A stretch of DNA of 39,839 nucleotides from Naegleria gruberi (lineage: Eukaryota). Both the position numbers and the translations under genes were made by a program. Positions within the stretch are counted from its first letter, which is position 1, and every line of letters starts with the position of its first letter. The stretch lies in NCBI GenBank assembly GCA_000004985.1, contig GG738940.1. One strand, 5' to 3'. Below the pieces are notes generated by a model. It saw only the letters and a program-made list of their open reading frames with translations. It ran no database searches and had not been told where the DNA came from. Positions 32,566 through 39,839 of this stretch are shown here, piece by piece.

Positions 32566-33339
32566 ATGTTCGGATCTTTTTTCATATTTTTAATCAAATC
32601 TTCATATCAACAGTATTTCATTGTTTCTTCACTAGTGTCGACAATTAAATTGGGAACTCAATCTCATGTTAATGTTAATGAAGAAATTGTAATGGGTTTT
32701 AAAGGTGATTTTTGAAGTGTGCAGAGGGCTATTTGTGAATCGAATTTACCTTTTTATGCTATTACTTTCAAAGTGGACAATTTAAGTGTAACATCAAATT
32801 AATCGAATGTTGCCAGAACTGAATTGAACACAAAAGATGCCTTTCAATTAATGTATTCCTTAATGAGAGATTACCATCATCGGATGAAATTACTTACATC
32901 AAATTTGAATTCAATTATTCCATTCTAGGTCCATTTGCCACTTACAAAGATGATAAAGATCAAAGAACTTTTGAATTTGGTTGGAATGTGAAATTTGAAA
33001 AAGGAAAAGTTGATCAAGCTTCGTTTAGAGTTGAATATCCTTCAGAATTATTTCATGCAATGAGTCATGATGGTATATCTTCAATAGATATTAAAGAATT
33101 GAACAGAATTTCAAGGTGCTGCTGGTTCTTTCATGAGCATTAACTTGAAAGGAATGTTTTCTAATTCAACAGTTGAACTATACACTCCCAAACCCATGTC
33201 TATTAGCATTATCATTGCAGCTATTGTTTTAAGTGTTTTCTTTATGTTTATATTTGTAAAGAAGAGGGTCAATAGACAATTTGTTATTCCATTCTTTTTG
33301 AATAGAAAAATAACAAAAGCTGGTAGAGGTGTCCATTAA
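32566..33339 (+). CDS. probable multi-exon gene with very short introns. It encodes a secreted or type-I membrane protein (hydrophobic N-terminus, C-terminal TM helix plus a short basic tail). The exon structure is unresolved.
   Basis: Coding-like segments lie in different frames: MFGSFFIFLIKSSYQQYFIVSSLVSTIKLGTQSHVNVNEEI, AICESNLPFYAITFKVDNLSVTSN, PFATYKDDKDQRTFEFGWNVKFEKGKVDQASFRVEYPSELFHAMSHDGISSIDIKELNRISR and MSINLKGMFSNSTVELYTPKPMSISIIIAAIVLSVFFMFIFVKKRVNRQ. They are separated by GT..AG-bounded stretches of 30-40 nt. I could not derive a consistent splice model by eye. Confidence 0.25.
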
Positions 33340-33461
33340 ACTTCAATCCTTAAGGTATTGAGAATAATTGGTGGTGGAAAAATGCCATTCCAATTCTTTC
33401 ATACTTAATATTGACAGGAACATGGGAGTCTTCTTCGTCTTGGAAATGTTAGCAGTTTTAT

Positions 33462-34277
33462 TCAGTAGTTCGATTTCACTTCAAACACTGACCATGACAA
33501 GGCAACTAAGAAATGAATACCAGTTACCAATGCTAAAAACCAAATTTCTGTAACTCCAGAACTACTAACCAATCTTATCAAATTGTCAGGAGTTAAAAAC
33601 TTGATAGAAATGATTGATAATACCATCAATAAAACAATAAATGGCAGATAATGGTAAATCCATAAATGTTGCACCTTATCCAACCATTTCATTCCATCTC
33701 TATAAGCTCCTTCAGTGATATTTGCAACTTTCCATACTGTCTCATTGGTGTCTTGTACAAGTATCTTTGCCGTATTATTAGTAAGCTCTACAGATTGAGA
33801 AAATTGTTGTAACATTTCATTCAGTCCTTCTTGAGTTGCCTTGATGGTTTTGTCGACAATTTGATCTGTTTTATCCAGCACTGCTCTCACAAGAGAGGAA
33901 AACTCAGAGCATAACAAGGCAATATTGTTCAAAATTTCAGTTACATGGGTTTCTATCAAGTGTTGAAAATTGTCAATTTTATCCAACAATACTTTCAACT
34001 TTTGAGAAAATTGAAGTAAAATTTTGGCTGTAAAATCGTCAATCATTTCCTTGGCCTCTTGTACTGTATGAAGAGCCTGATGACCAACACGATCCACCAA
34101 TTTTTGAAACCATACTTTGCAAGTCTTTAGTTCATGTAAAGATTTCTCAACAGTTCCTTTCATGTCGTTTCGAATATTTTTCAATAGAGACTCCAACTTG
34201 TTGGTAGAGGTTTCAATTGCATGACTGACTTCTTTCGCAGCGTCCTTTCCTGCTTCTTTGCCAATACTACCTCCCAT
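33462..34277 (-). CDS. hypothetical helical / coiled-coil protein with an N-terminal MGxxxG (possible N-myristoylation) and a C-terminal hydrophobic hairpin of two TM segments
   Basis: 271-aa ORF. It starts MGGSIGKEAG, is largely alpha-helical and amphipathic, and ends ...HYLPFIVLLMVLSIISIKFL...GVTEIWFLALVTGIHFLVALSWSV. Confidence 0.5.
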   Translation of the reverse strand: MGGSIGKEAGKDAAKEVSHAIETSTNKLESLLKNIRNDMKGTVEKSLHELKTCKVWFQKLVDRVGHQALHTVQEAKEMIDDFTAKILLQFSQKLKVLLDKIDNFQHLIETHVTEILNNIALLCSEFSSLVRAVLDKTDQIVDKTIKATQEGLNEMLQQFSQSVELTNNTAKILVQDTNETVWKVANITEGAYRDGMKWLDKVQHLWIYHYLPFIVLLMVLSIISIKFLTPDNLIRLVSSSGVTEIWFLALVTGIHFLVALSWSVFEVKSNY

Positions 34278-34298
34278 CCTTTCTTTTTGTTTTTTATT

Positions 34299-35117
34299 TT
34301 AAGAATCACGTTTCGAATAAATATTANNNNNNNNNNNNNNNNNNNNNNNNNNNNNNNNNNNNNNNNNNNNNNNNNNAACTGCAATATGATCCTTTTGCTT
34401 GTTTGTGCAAAGAAATATGTCCACAAATTTTGGAACGTCTTTGAATACTTTGATTTCTGTAATTTTCTTCCAATCTCTAGAAATCTTTCGAATTATAATT
34501 CTCTGACTAGAGGGATAATGCTGCAAGATAAAAATTCGACCACTTTCATCAACATCAATGGCTCTAATTTTTGAATCAGAATTTGCTAACAATATCTCAC
34601 TCTCATTTTCGGTAAATGTTGAACCATTTCTGTTAAATGAAACTAGGTAGGTTGAATTTCTGATTTGTTTTGTTGAAAATAGTTTTCCATCAAAGGCTGT
34701 TGCTTTCTGAAGTTTCACCCTTTCGTTTGTCGATAATTCATTCGAATGAAGATTTTCATCATAAGCTGTAATTGTATCATCTCCTTTTCCATCAAATAAA
34801 TGTAAAACTTCATCATTGCTAAACAATACTAATGATGATGCTTTTCTACAATTTGTGTTTGATTTTGAAATTGGAATTAGACTTTTTCTATTGAAAAGTT
34901 CTATACAGCATTCACCAGATGTGATGCCTGCTGTGATGAAGATGTGTGTCTGTGTGGATTGAAGTCCTGTGATTTGGTTGTCAAGAATTATTTCATCAGA
35001 CAAAGTCCACTTGTGGAGCTTTTGCGTTTTCTTTGCAGTTTTGGCTTGGTTGAGCAATAAAATAATCCCACAACAAATTAGAATAATCGCAGCTATTAGT
35101 GCAATATTGTCTTCCAT
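34299..35117 (-). CDS. hypothetical type-II (signal-anchor) membrane protein. The C-terminal end is interrupted by the 50-N gap at 34327..34376.
   Basis: The N-terminus reads MEDNIALIAAIILICCGIILLLNQ, followed by a ~240-aa lumenal/extracellular domain with N-glycosylation sequons. The ORF continuity across the gap is uncertain. Confidence 0.45.
   Translation of the reverse strand: MEDNIALIAAIILICCGIILLLNQAKTAKKTQKLHKWTLSDEIILDNQITGLQSTQTHIFITAGITSGECCIELFNRKSLIPISKSNTNCRKASSLVLFSNDEVLHLFDGKGDDTITAYDENLHSNELSTNERVKLQKATAFDGKLFSTKQIRNSTYLVSFNRNGSTFTENESEILLANSDSKIRAIDVDESGRIFILQHYPSSQRIIIRKISRDWKKITEIKVFKDVPKFVDIFLCTNKQKDHIAVXXXXXXXXXXXXXXXXXNIYSKRDS
34303..34316. promoter_or_regulatory. AATCACGTTTCG element ~25-40 bp upstream of the ATG (34277) of the minus-strand gene 33462..34277
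   Basis: The 12-mer aatcacgtttcg is repeated exactly at 35139..35150, at the equivalent position upstream of the next gene. Confidence 0.35.
34327..34376. other. assembly gap (50 N)
   Basis: N run. Confidence 0.99.
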
Positions 35118-35137
35118 TTTTTACTTTATGAAACTTC

Positions 35138-35221
35138 AAATCACGTTTCGTGTAATTTCTGGTTGACTGTCACGTTTTTGTATTGACAGCAGCATTCTAA
35201 TTGACTTGGCACGTTTAAGTT
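35138..35221. promoter_or_regulatory. cluster of three CACGTTT motifs (including AATCACGTTTCG) in the 137-bp divergent promoter between the 34299..35117 gene (minus) and the VLIG-like gene (plus)
   Basis: The copies are caaatcacgtttcgtg (35138..), gtcacgtttttg (35169..) and ggcacgtttaag (35210..). Confidence 0.35.
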
Positions 35222-35254
35222 TTCACAATAATCCAAAATAAAAAACAATCAACC

Positions 35255-38200
35255 ATGGGTCTCAAGAAAGGTGCAAACAAGACTAAAACCTCCAAAACCA
35301 ATATTAGAGCAAAGGTGGTTGAATCCATTCAACGAACTCCAAAAATTACCATTGAACAGAACCGAGCTGTTAATATTCCTCGGTATCATCAAATTATATT
35401 TTCTGATCTGATCAGTAAAGAGAACTCATTGGGTGAAGCACACTGTGAGAAACCAACCACTCCATTCCTTTCTGACTCAACCGACACTGAATGTCATAAC
35501 TTTAGAGTTATGCTTGACATTATTGGTCAAGAAATCAAGTTGAGAAACGTTCAAAACCTGGAAGATGTACTGACCAGATTACGTGAACCATACAAAAAGC
35601 CAAAACAACATACGTACGAAAATCTTCCATGGGTTCTCAAAGTAGATGCTGTAACTTGGATTCAAATCTTTCTCAATTGTTGTGATGATTTTACAAGAAC
35701 AACAGTAATAAGACATATTTTACAATGCTCATCCATGCCTGTTCCTTTCATTCAAAGAGCAAATTTTGAACAAGATGGTAAATTGTCAGCTTTCAATCTA
35801 GATTACATTTTAAACGACAACGAATTACCGGTTCTTGAACAAAAGATGCTTCTCTGCTTGGACATGGGTGATAATGGTACAATAATGAAGCAATTAGTAA
35901 GAGGTTACAAGCAAATTGAATCCACGTCCATGGAATTGAGAGATGGTAATGTTGGACTATATGTCAATAGTAATTGTAAATATCCAATTGTTGCTCATAT
36001 CAACGATGAATTCAAAGCTGTTCCGTCAACCTTGAAGTCTATGCTTTCAATTGTTGATGCAGTGCTATTCATATTTGATCAGGATGGTTCACCTGAAGTT
36101 ATGGAACTCATTATAGATGAAATGAAACAGAGTAATTTGCCATACTACATGATATCTAAAGTGTCAAAGAGAACATTGGATGATTCAGATGATGCAGTGT
36201 TCGAAGAGGAGGATTATCATCCAACTCAAGGTTCCAATGATATTATTACCTGGATTAATACCATCGTCAAAACTCCTAAAAAGAGTACCTTCCAATATCC
36301 TCCCGATGTAGAAATTATCAAGAGCTATCCTATCTTTGAAAATGATCCATTAAGAGAGTTTTATTCCATTCTATTCGAGACTTTAAAAAGTGAGAAAGAT
36401 ACTGAGGGTGCAGATTTCAAAAAGAAATATTTTCCAATTACAACACATGCAAATGCAATTCAAGAAATGCAAGATCAAGTGTTTGCAAACAAGCAACTTC
36501 CATACTCAACGAAGAAAGAAGAAGAAGATTTCATTGCCCTTGGAAAGGTTACCTCTGAAAAGTATTTGACTCAAAATCCTTCCAAATTCATGATTAAACT
36601 TTTGAAGGCATTGAAATTGGCTGTAGAGAATAATTTGTTTCAACAATTATGGAATGTTTTTACATTTCATATTCATATTTTTGCCTATCCAAAAGTTCAA
36701 AACATTAAGCAAGAAGTACTTGGTTTAATTGATCAAATTGAAGAGCTTGAAAATTCGAATCAGCAACCTAATGAACCTCAAGCTAAGGACTTGGAAAAGA
36801 AAAAGTCAGAGTTGGAACAAGAAAAGAAAAAATTAGAGAGAAAAATGCAATCAGAATCGATTGGTGTTGAACATTTCTGGAGAGAAATTTTCCATATTTG
36901 GGTACAAATGGATAAGAAAACTATTGAGAATGTCTCAAAGAACAATGTAATGTCAGCAATACAATGTGCTATGATGACAGGATTCCCCATTGAAATTATT
37001 GATGGCGACTCCAACTCAATTAATGAACATTTCTTAGAAGAATTCTTTACAAAGCTGCCAAGCGATATTGCAAAAAGTAGAGTTCTATTTGTTTCAATTC
37101 TTGGCCATCAAAGTTCTTACAAAAGTACTGTTATGAACTCACTATTTAATAGTCAGTTTTCAATGGGTCAAGGAAAATGTACAAGAGGTGTTCAAATTTC
37201 CTTACACAAGTGTTCGCACACATCAAAATATGATTATATTGTTGCTTGTGATGTTGAAGGTTTAGAATCTGTTGAAATGGAGATTAACAAGAACTCTTCT
37301 TTTAATTCATTCTTTTATAATCATAGATTGGCTTTAGTTTCTATTTACTTGTCGCATTTAGTTCTTATTTCAAGTAAGGGTGAAGTTGACGCAACATTAA
37401 CAGGTACATTAGAAGTCTGTATTTATGCCATGGCCATGTTGAAGAAGACATTATCTCATCCTTCATTCTGTGTGGTTTCAAACAATTGTACTGACACTAA
37501 ACAAGATGCATTACTTCACAATGACAAAATCAAACAGTTATTAGTGAGAGGAGTCTCTAAATTCAATGAGCACTTTAATGAAGACGTCCAATTATCAGAT
37601 CTGGTTCCATCTCGTGAGTGCATGTATTTGACACCTGCTTTTGAACCAGAAACTAAAAACTTTACCAGAAGTTATAGTTACAGAGTACGAAAGTTGTTGG
37701 ACTATATTTTGACAATTCCAACACATCAAGATTTCTCAAACTTTGGTTCTTGGGTAACCAATCTATTGAGTGCGTGGAAATCTTTGAGAGAACACGATTT
37801 CGCTCTCTGTTATAAAGACTTGACAGAGTTAGAAAACTTCCAACAACTGAAAAACATAGGCAAAGAGTATGAGTCTTCTGTGGCACTTGAATTGGAACAA
37901 TTGGTATTGAAATATCGTACGGAAAACGTTGATTACTTGGAAGTTATTGCCAAAATTGAAGACCTTGCCTTTCAAGTATTTGAAAACTATAAGGAAAAAA
38001 TCAAAGAAGACAAATTCATGTTATGGAAAGACAAATTTACAATCAATTTTGATAATTTCAAGAATGATTACATAACAAAAAAGAAAGCAGAGATGAAAGT
38101 TGTTCAGGCATTTAAAAATACTACCAATCAAGTTGGTGACGCTATTCAGCAAGTTAACAGAAAAATCAAAGAGGAATATCAGCTATTGAAACAAATGTCA

Positions 38201-39664
38201 GAAAAAGAGAGAGAAGAAAGAATCAATACTTATTGGATGGAAAGCAGAGCCAATATCCAAAAAGTTTCTGAAGATTTCAAAAAAAGAATTGAAGAAATGG
38301 AATATGAATACCGTGGACTTGTTAGAAGATATTGGATAGAAACCAATTTATCATGCCAAGCTCTATCAAAAGAAGATGTTGACGTTGATGAAAAAGCGTA
38401 TATTCTTTTGGTAAAGGTTTCAAAAGAACAATTTAGAACACTTTTTGATCAAATTGGCTTAGAAATTAGTAAGAGAGGGAGATTTTCAATTTATGAGTTC
38501 GGTGATATGTCAACCCATTTGTCTAATCTTTACAATGGATGGTGTGGAAAGAATCATCTTGAACCTTGTATTGAAAGAAGAAAAAAGGTTTTTGGATATT
38601 GTATCAATCCACTTCTTCAGCAATACACAAAGAAGGAAACAGAGTTTGTCAATGAAAATGATCCTCTCATCAAATATGACAACACCAAACCAGTATTCAT
38701 AGCTACAGCTAATACGTCATTCAAAGATATTGTTGATGATTTTGACAATGCCAAAAACATTGCTAAAAAATTATATGATCTAATCCAGTCAATCGCAATA
38801 GATTCCTGCTATCTAAAGATATACAATTATTTGGAGAACTCCTTATTGCTTAGTAATTTAGAATTTGATTCTGCTAAATTAGCAAAGGAAAATAATTTAC
38901 TTGGTGCAAAACTTTACTTCACAAATATTGAACTATTTGCAAAGAATTATCTGGTTAAAGAACAAGAAAAAATTATTTCTCAAAATATTCAAGATCTATT
39001 GCAAGAGATGAATACTGTTATTGGAAATCATGTCCGGTTTTTAAATGAAATAATATCAAATAGTGAACCATCCAATGCTCAAGACTTGTATGAAAAGATA
39101 AAGCAACAGTCCTCATCCACAAAATATGCAAACCTTGGCTCTGAATTCACAGTAATACTTTTCAAGGATTGTAGTACTATTGGAGGAAAAATAAGCCAAG
39201 AGCTTACCAGTTTAAAAGAGAAATCTCCAATTACAACCATACCAGTATTTGAATTTGATGACCTCCTGAAAAGAAAAATTGGCTGTACTCATCAATGCCC
39301 TTGTTGTGGAGCAAAGTGTGCTCATGGTTATGGACATTCTGAAAATCATAGCACTATAGTTCACCATTTTTGCTCTTTTAGAAGCGTTCGCGAAAAGCAT
39401 TCGCAGGAGGCTTGTTTGGAGCTTTGTACTGAACAAAAACCTGGAACGCTCTGGAATGACATTCCTTGGGGTGAGTATGTTACCAAGGGAGATATGGCCA
39501 ACTGGGATGTAAAGTATGACCAGGCGTCTACCAGATCTGCAAGAATGTGGGTGAAAAAGATGTGGTCTGTTTTGGGAGAAGAGTTTTGTAAAGAATATAG
39601 AATGAAATTCAAAACAGATCCATCATGGGCTGACATAACATGGGAGAGTCTCAATATCAATTAA
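35255..39664 (+). CDS. VLIG / URGCP-like very large GTPase-family protein (1469 aa) with a non-canonical P-loop (GHQSSYKST instead of GxQSSGKST) and a C-terminal Cys/His-rich cluster
   Basis: The motif VLFVSILGHQSSYKSTVMNSLFNSQFSMGQGKCTRGVQISL matches the VLIG-family G1 region pattern [VL]LG.QSSGKSTLLN.LFG..F......CTRG. Downstream, DYIVACDVEGLESVE matches the DxEGL switch/G3 region, and NHRLALVSIYLSHLVL parallels the family's DNELATF.IGLSD block. The C-terminus reads CTHQCPCCGAKCAHGYGHSENHSTIVHHFCSF. It is a single uninterrupted ORF. Confidence 0.6.
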   Translation: MGLKKGANKTKTSKTNIRAKVVESIQRTPKITIEQNRAVNIPRYHQIIFSDLISKENSLGEAHCEKPTTPFLSDSTDTECHNFRVMLDIIGQEIKLRNVQNLEDVLTRLREPYKKPKQHTYENLPWVLKVDAVTWIQIFLNCCDDFTRTTVIRHILQCSSMPVPFIQRANFEQDGKLSAFNLDYILNDNELPVLEQKMLLCLDMGDNGTIMKQLVRGYKQIESTSMELRDGNVGLYVNSNCKYPIVAHINDEFKAVPSTLKSMLSIVDAVLFIFDQDGSPEVMELIIDEMKQSNLPYYMISKVSKRTLDDSDDAVFEEEDYHPTQGSNDIITWINTIVKTPKKSTFQYPPDVEIIKSYPIFENDPLREFYSILFETLKSEKDTEGADFKKKYFPITTHANAIQEMQDQVFANKQLPYSTKKEEEDFIALGKVTSEKYLTQNPSKFMIKLLKALKLAVENNLFQQLWNVFTFHIHIFAYPKVQNIKQEVLGLIDQIEELENSNQQPNEPQAKDLEKKKSELEQEKKKLERKMQSESIGVEHFWREIFHIWVQMDKKTIENVSKNNVMSAIQCAMMTGFPIEIIDGDSNSINEHFLEEFFTKLPSDIAKSRVLFVSILGHQSSYKSTVMNSLFNSQFSMGQGKCTRGVQISLHKCSHTSKYDYIVACDVEGLESVEMEINKNSSFNSFFYNHRLALVSIYLSHLVLISSKGEVDATLTGTLEVCIYAMAMLKKTLSHPSFCVVSNNCTDTKQDALLHNDKIKQLLVRGVSKFNEHFNEDVQLSDLVPSRECMYLTPAFEPETKNFTRSYSYRVRKLLDYILTIPTHQDFSNFGSWVTNLLSAWKSLREHDFALCYKDLTELENFQQLKNIGKEYESSVALELEQLVLKYRTENVDYLEVIAKIEDLAFQVFENYKEKIKEDKFMLWKDKFTINFDNFKNDYITKKKAEMKVVQAFKNTTNQVGDAIQQVNRKIKEEYQLLKQMSEKEREERINTYWMESRANIQKVSEDFKKRIEEMEYEYRGLVRRYWIETNLSCQALSKEDVDVDEKAYILLVKVSKEQFRTLFDQIGLEISKRGRFSIYEFGDMSTHLSNLYNGWCGKNHLEPCIERRKKVFGYCINPLLQQYTKKETEFVNENDPLIKYDNTKPVFIATANTSFKDIVDDFDNAKNIAKKLYDLIQSIAIDSCYLKIYNYLENSLLLSNLEFDSAKLAKENNLLGAKLYFTNIELFAKNYLVKEQEKIISQNIQDLLQEMNTVIGNHVRFLNEIISNSEPSNAQDLYEKIKQQSSSTKYANLGSEFTVILFKDCSTIGGKISQELTSLKEKSPITTIPVFEFDDLLKRKIGCTHQCPCCGAKCAHGYGHSENHSTIVHHFCSFRSVREKHSQEACLELCTEQKPGTLWNDIPWGEYVTKGDMANWDVKYDQASTRSARMWVKKMWSVLGEEFCKEYRMKFKTDPSWADITWESLNIN

Positions 39665-39839
39665 ACTCAAACTTATCATCTAATACTTGTACCAATCTGC
39701 TCATTTCAGTTTAGTTCAGAATATCTTCCGTCTTACTATGTCCCAACCAAGTAGTTTTAACAAATAATTTATTTGATACAAGGTTTAATCAAGATCTACA
39801 TCTTCGTCTTCTTGTTTGCTTGGTGGTGGGACTCTTCGC

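Noticed and set aside
1-39839. Prokaryote-style interpretations (operons, defence islands, CRISPR, RBS motifs, phage or mobile-element cargo)
   Set aside because: The sequence has spliceosomal GT..AG introns and a eukaryote-type tRNA. It carries typical eukaryotic gene families (E2F, formin, Arp, TLC, TKL kinase) and scaffold N-gaps. I found no direct repeat arrays, integrase/transposase ORFs or terminal inverted repeats.

Overview
This window is eukaryotic nuclear DNA from an AT-rich draft assembly. It contains five runs of N (assembly gaps). It is not a prokaryotic locus. I find no CRISPR arrays, operons or defence islands, and no mobile elements. I did not test for Shine-Dalgarno motifs.

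Genes are densely packed on both strands and mostly intronless. The seven introns I could place with good evidence are short (43, 45, 46, 50, 63 and 108 nt) and GT-AG. Coding regions are rich in poly-Q/N/T/S low-complexity tracts. The overall look suggests a protist of the amoebozoan or dictyostelid kind, or an early-diverging fungus-like lineage. I cannot name the taxon from sequence alone.

Genes recognised by motif:
- an E2F transcription factor with an intact Rb-pocket-binding tail
- a tRNA-Glu(UUC)
- a SAM-PB1-PAS protein that runs into an 814-N gap
- two paralogous Zn2Cys6 transcription factors sharing an intron position inside the zinc cluster
- a small PLGRKT-like membrane protein
- an actin-related protein
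- a TLC/Lag1 ceramide synthase
- a complete diaphanous-type formin (GBD/FH3-FH1-FH2-DAD)
- a class-C-like 7TM receptor and a second 3-exon 7TM receptor
- a secreted ApoD-type lipocalin
- a receptor TKL kinase with a Pmp/beta-helix (GGAIY repeat) ectodomain
- a 1469-aa VLIG/URGCP-like giant GTPase whose P-loop glycine is replaced by Tyr

Not in the supplied ORF track: a 150-codon Lys/Cys-rich ORF with a 9-aa (27-nt) period lies on the minus strand, next to the large gap.

Three reading-frame breaks sit at short homopolymers (GGG, AA, TT). I think these are most likely indel errors in the draft assembly rather than biology.

The ORF track accepts TTG/GTG/CTG as starts and translates through N runs, so several listed ORFs are artefacts.
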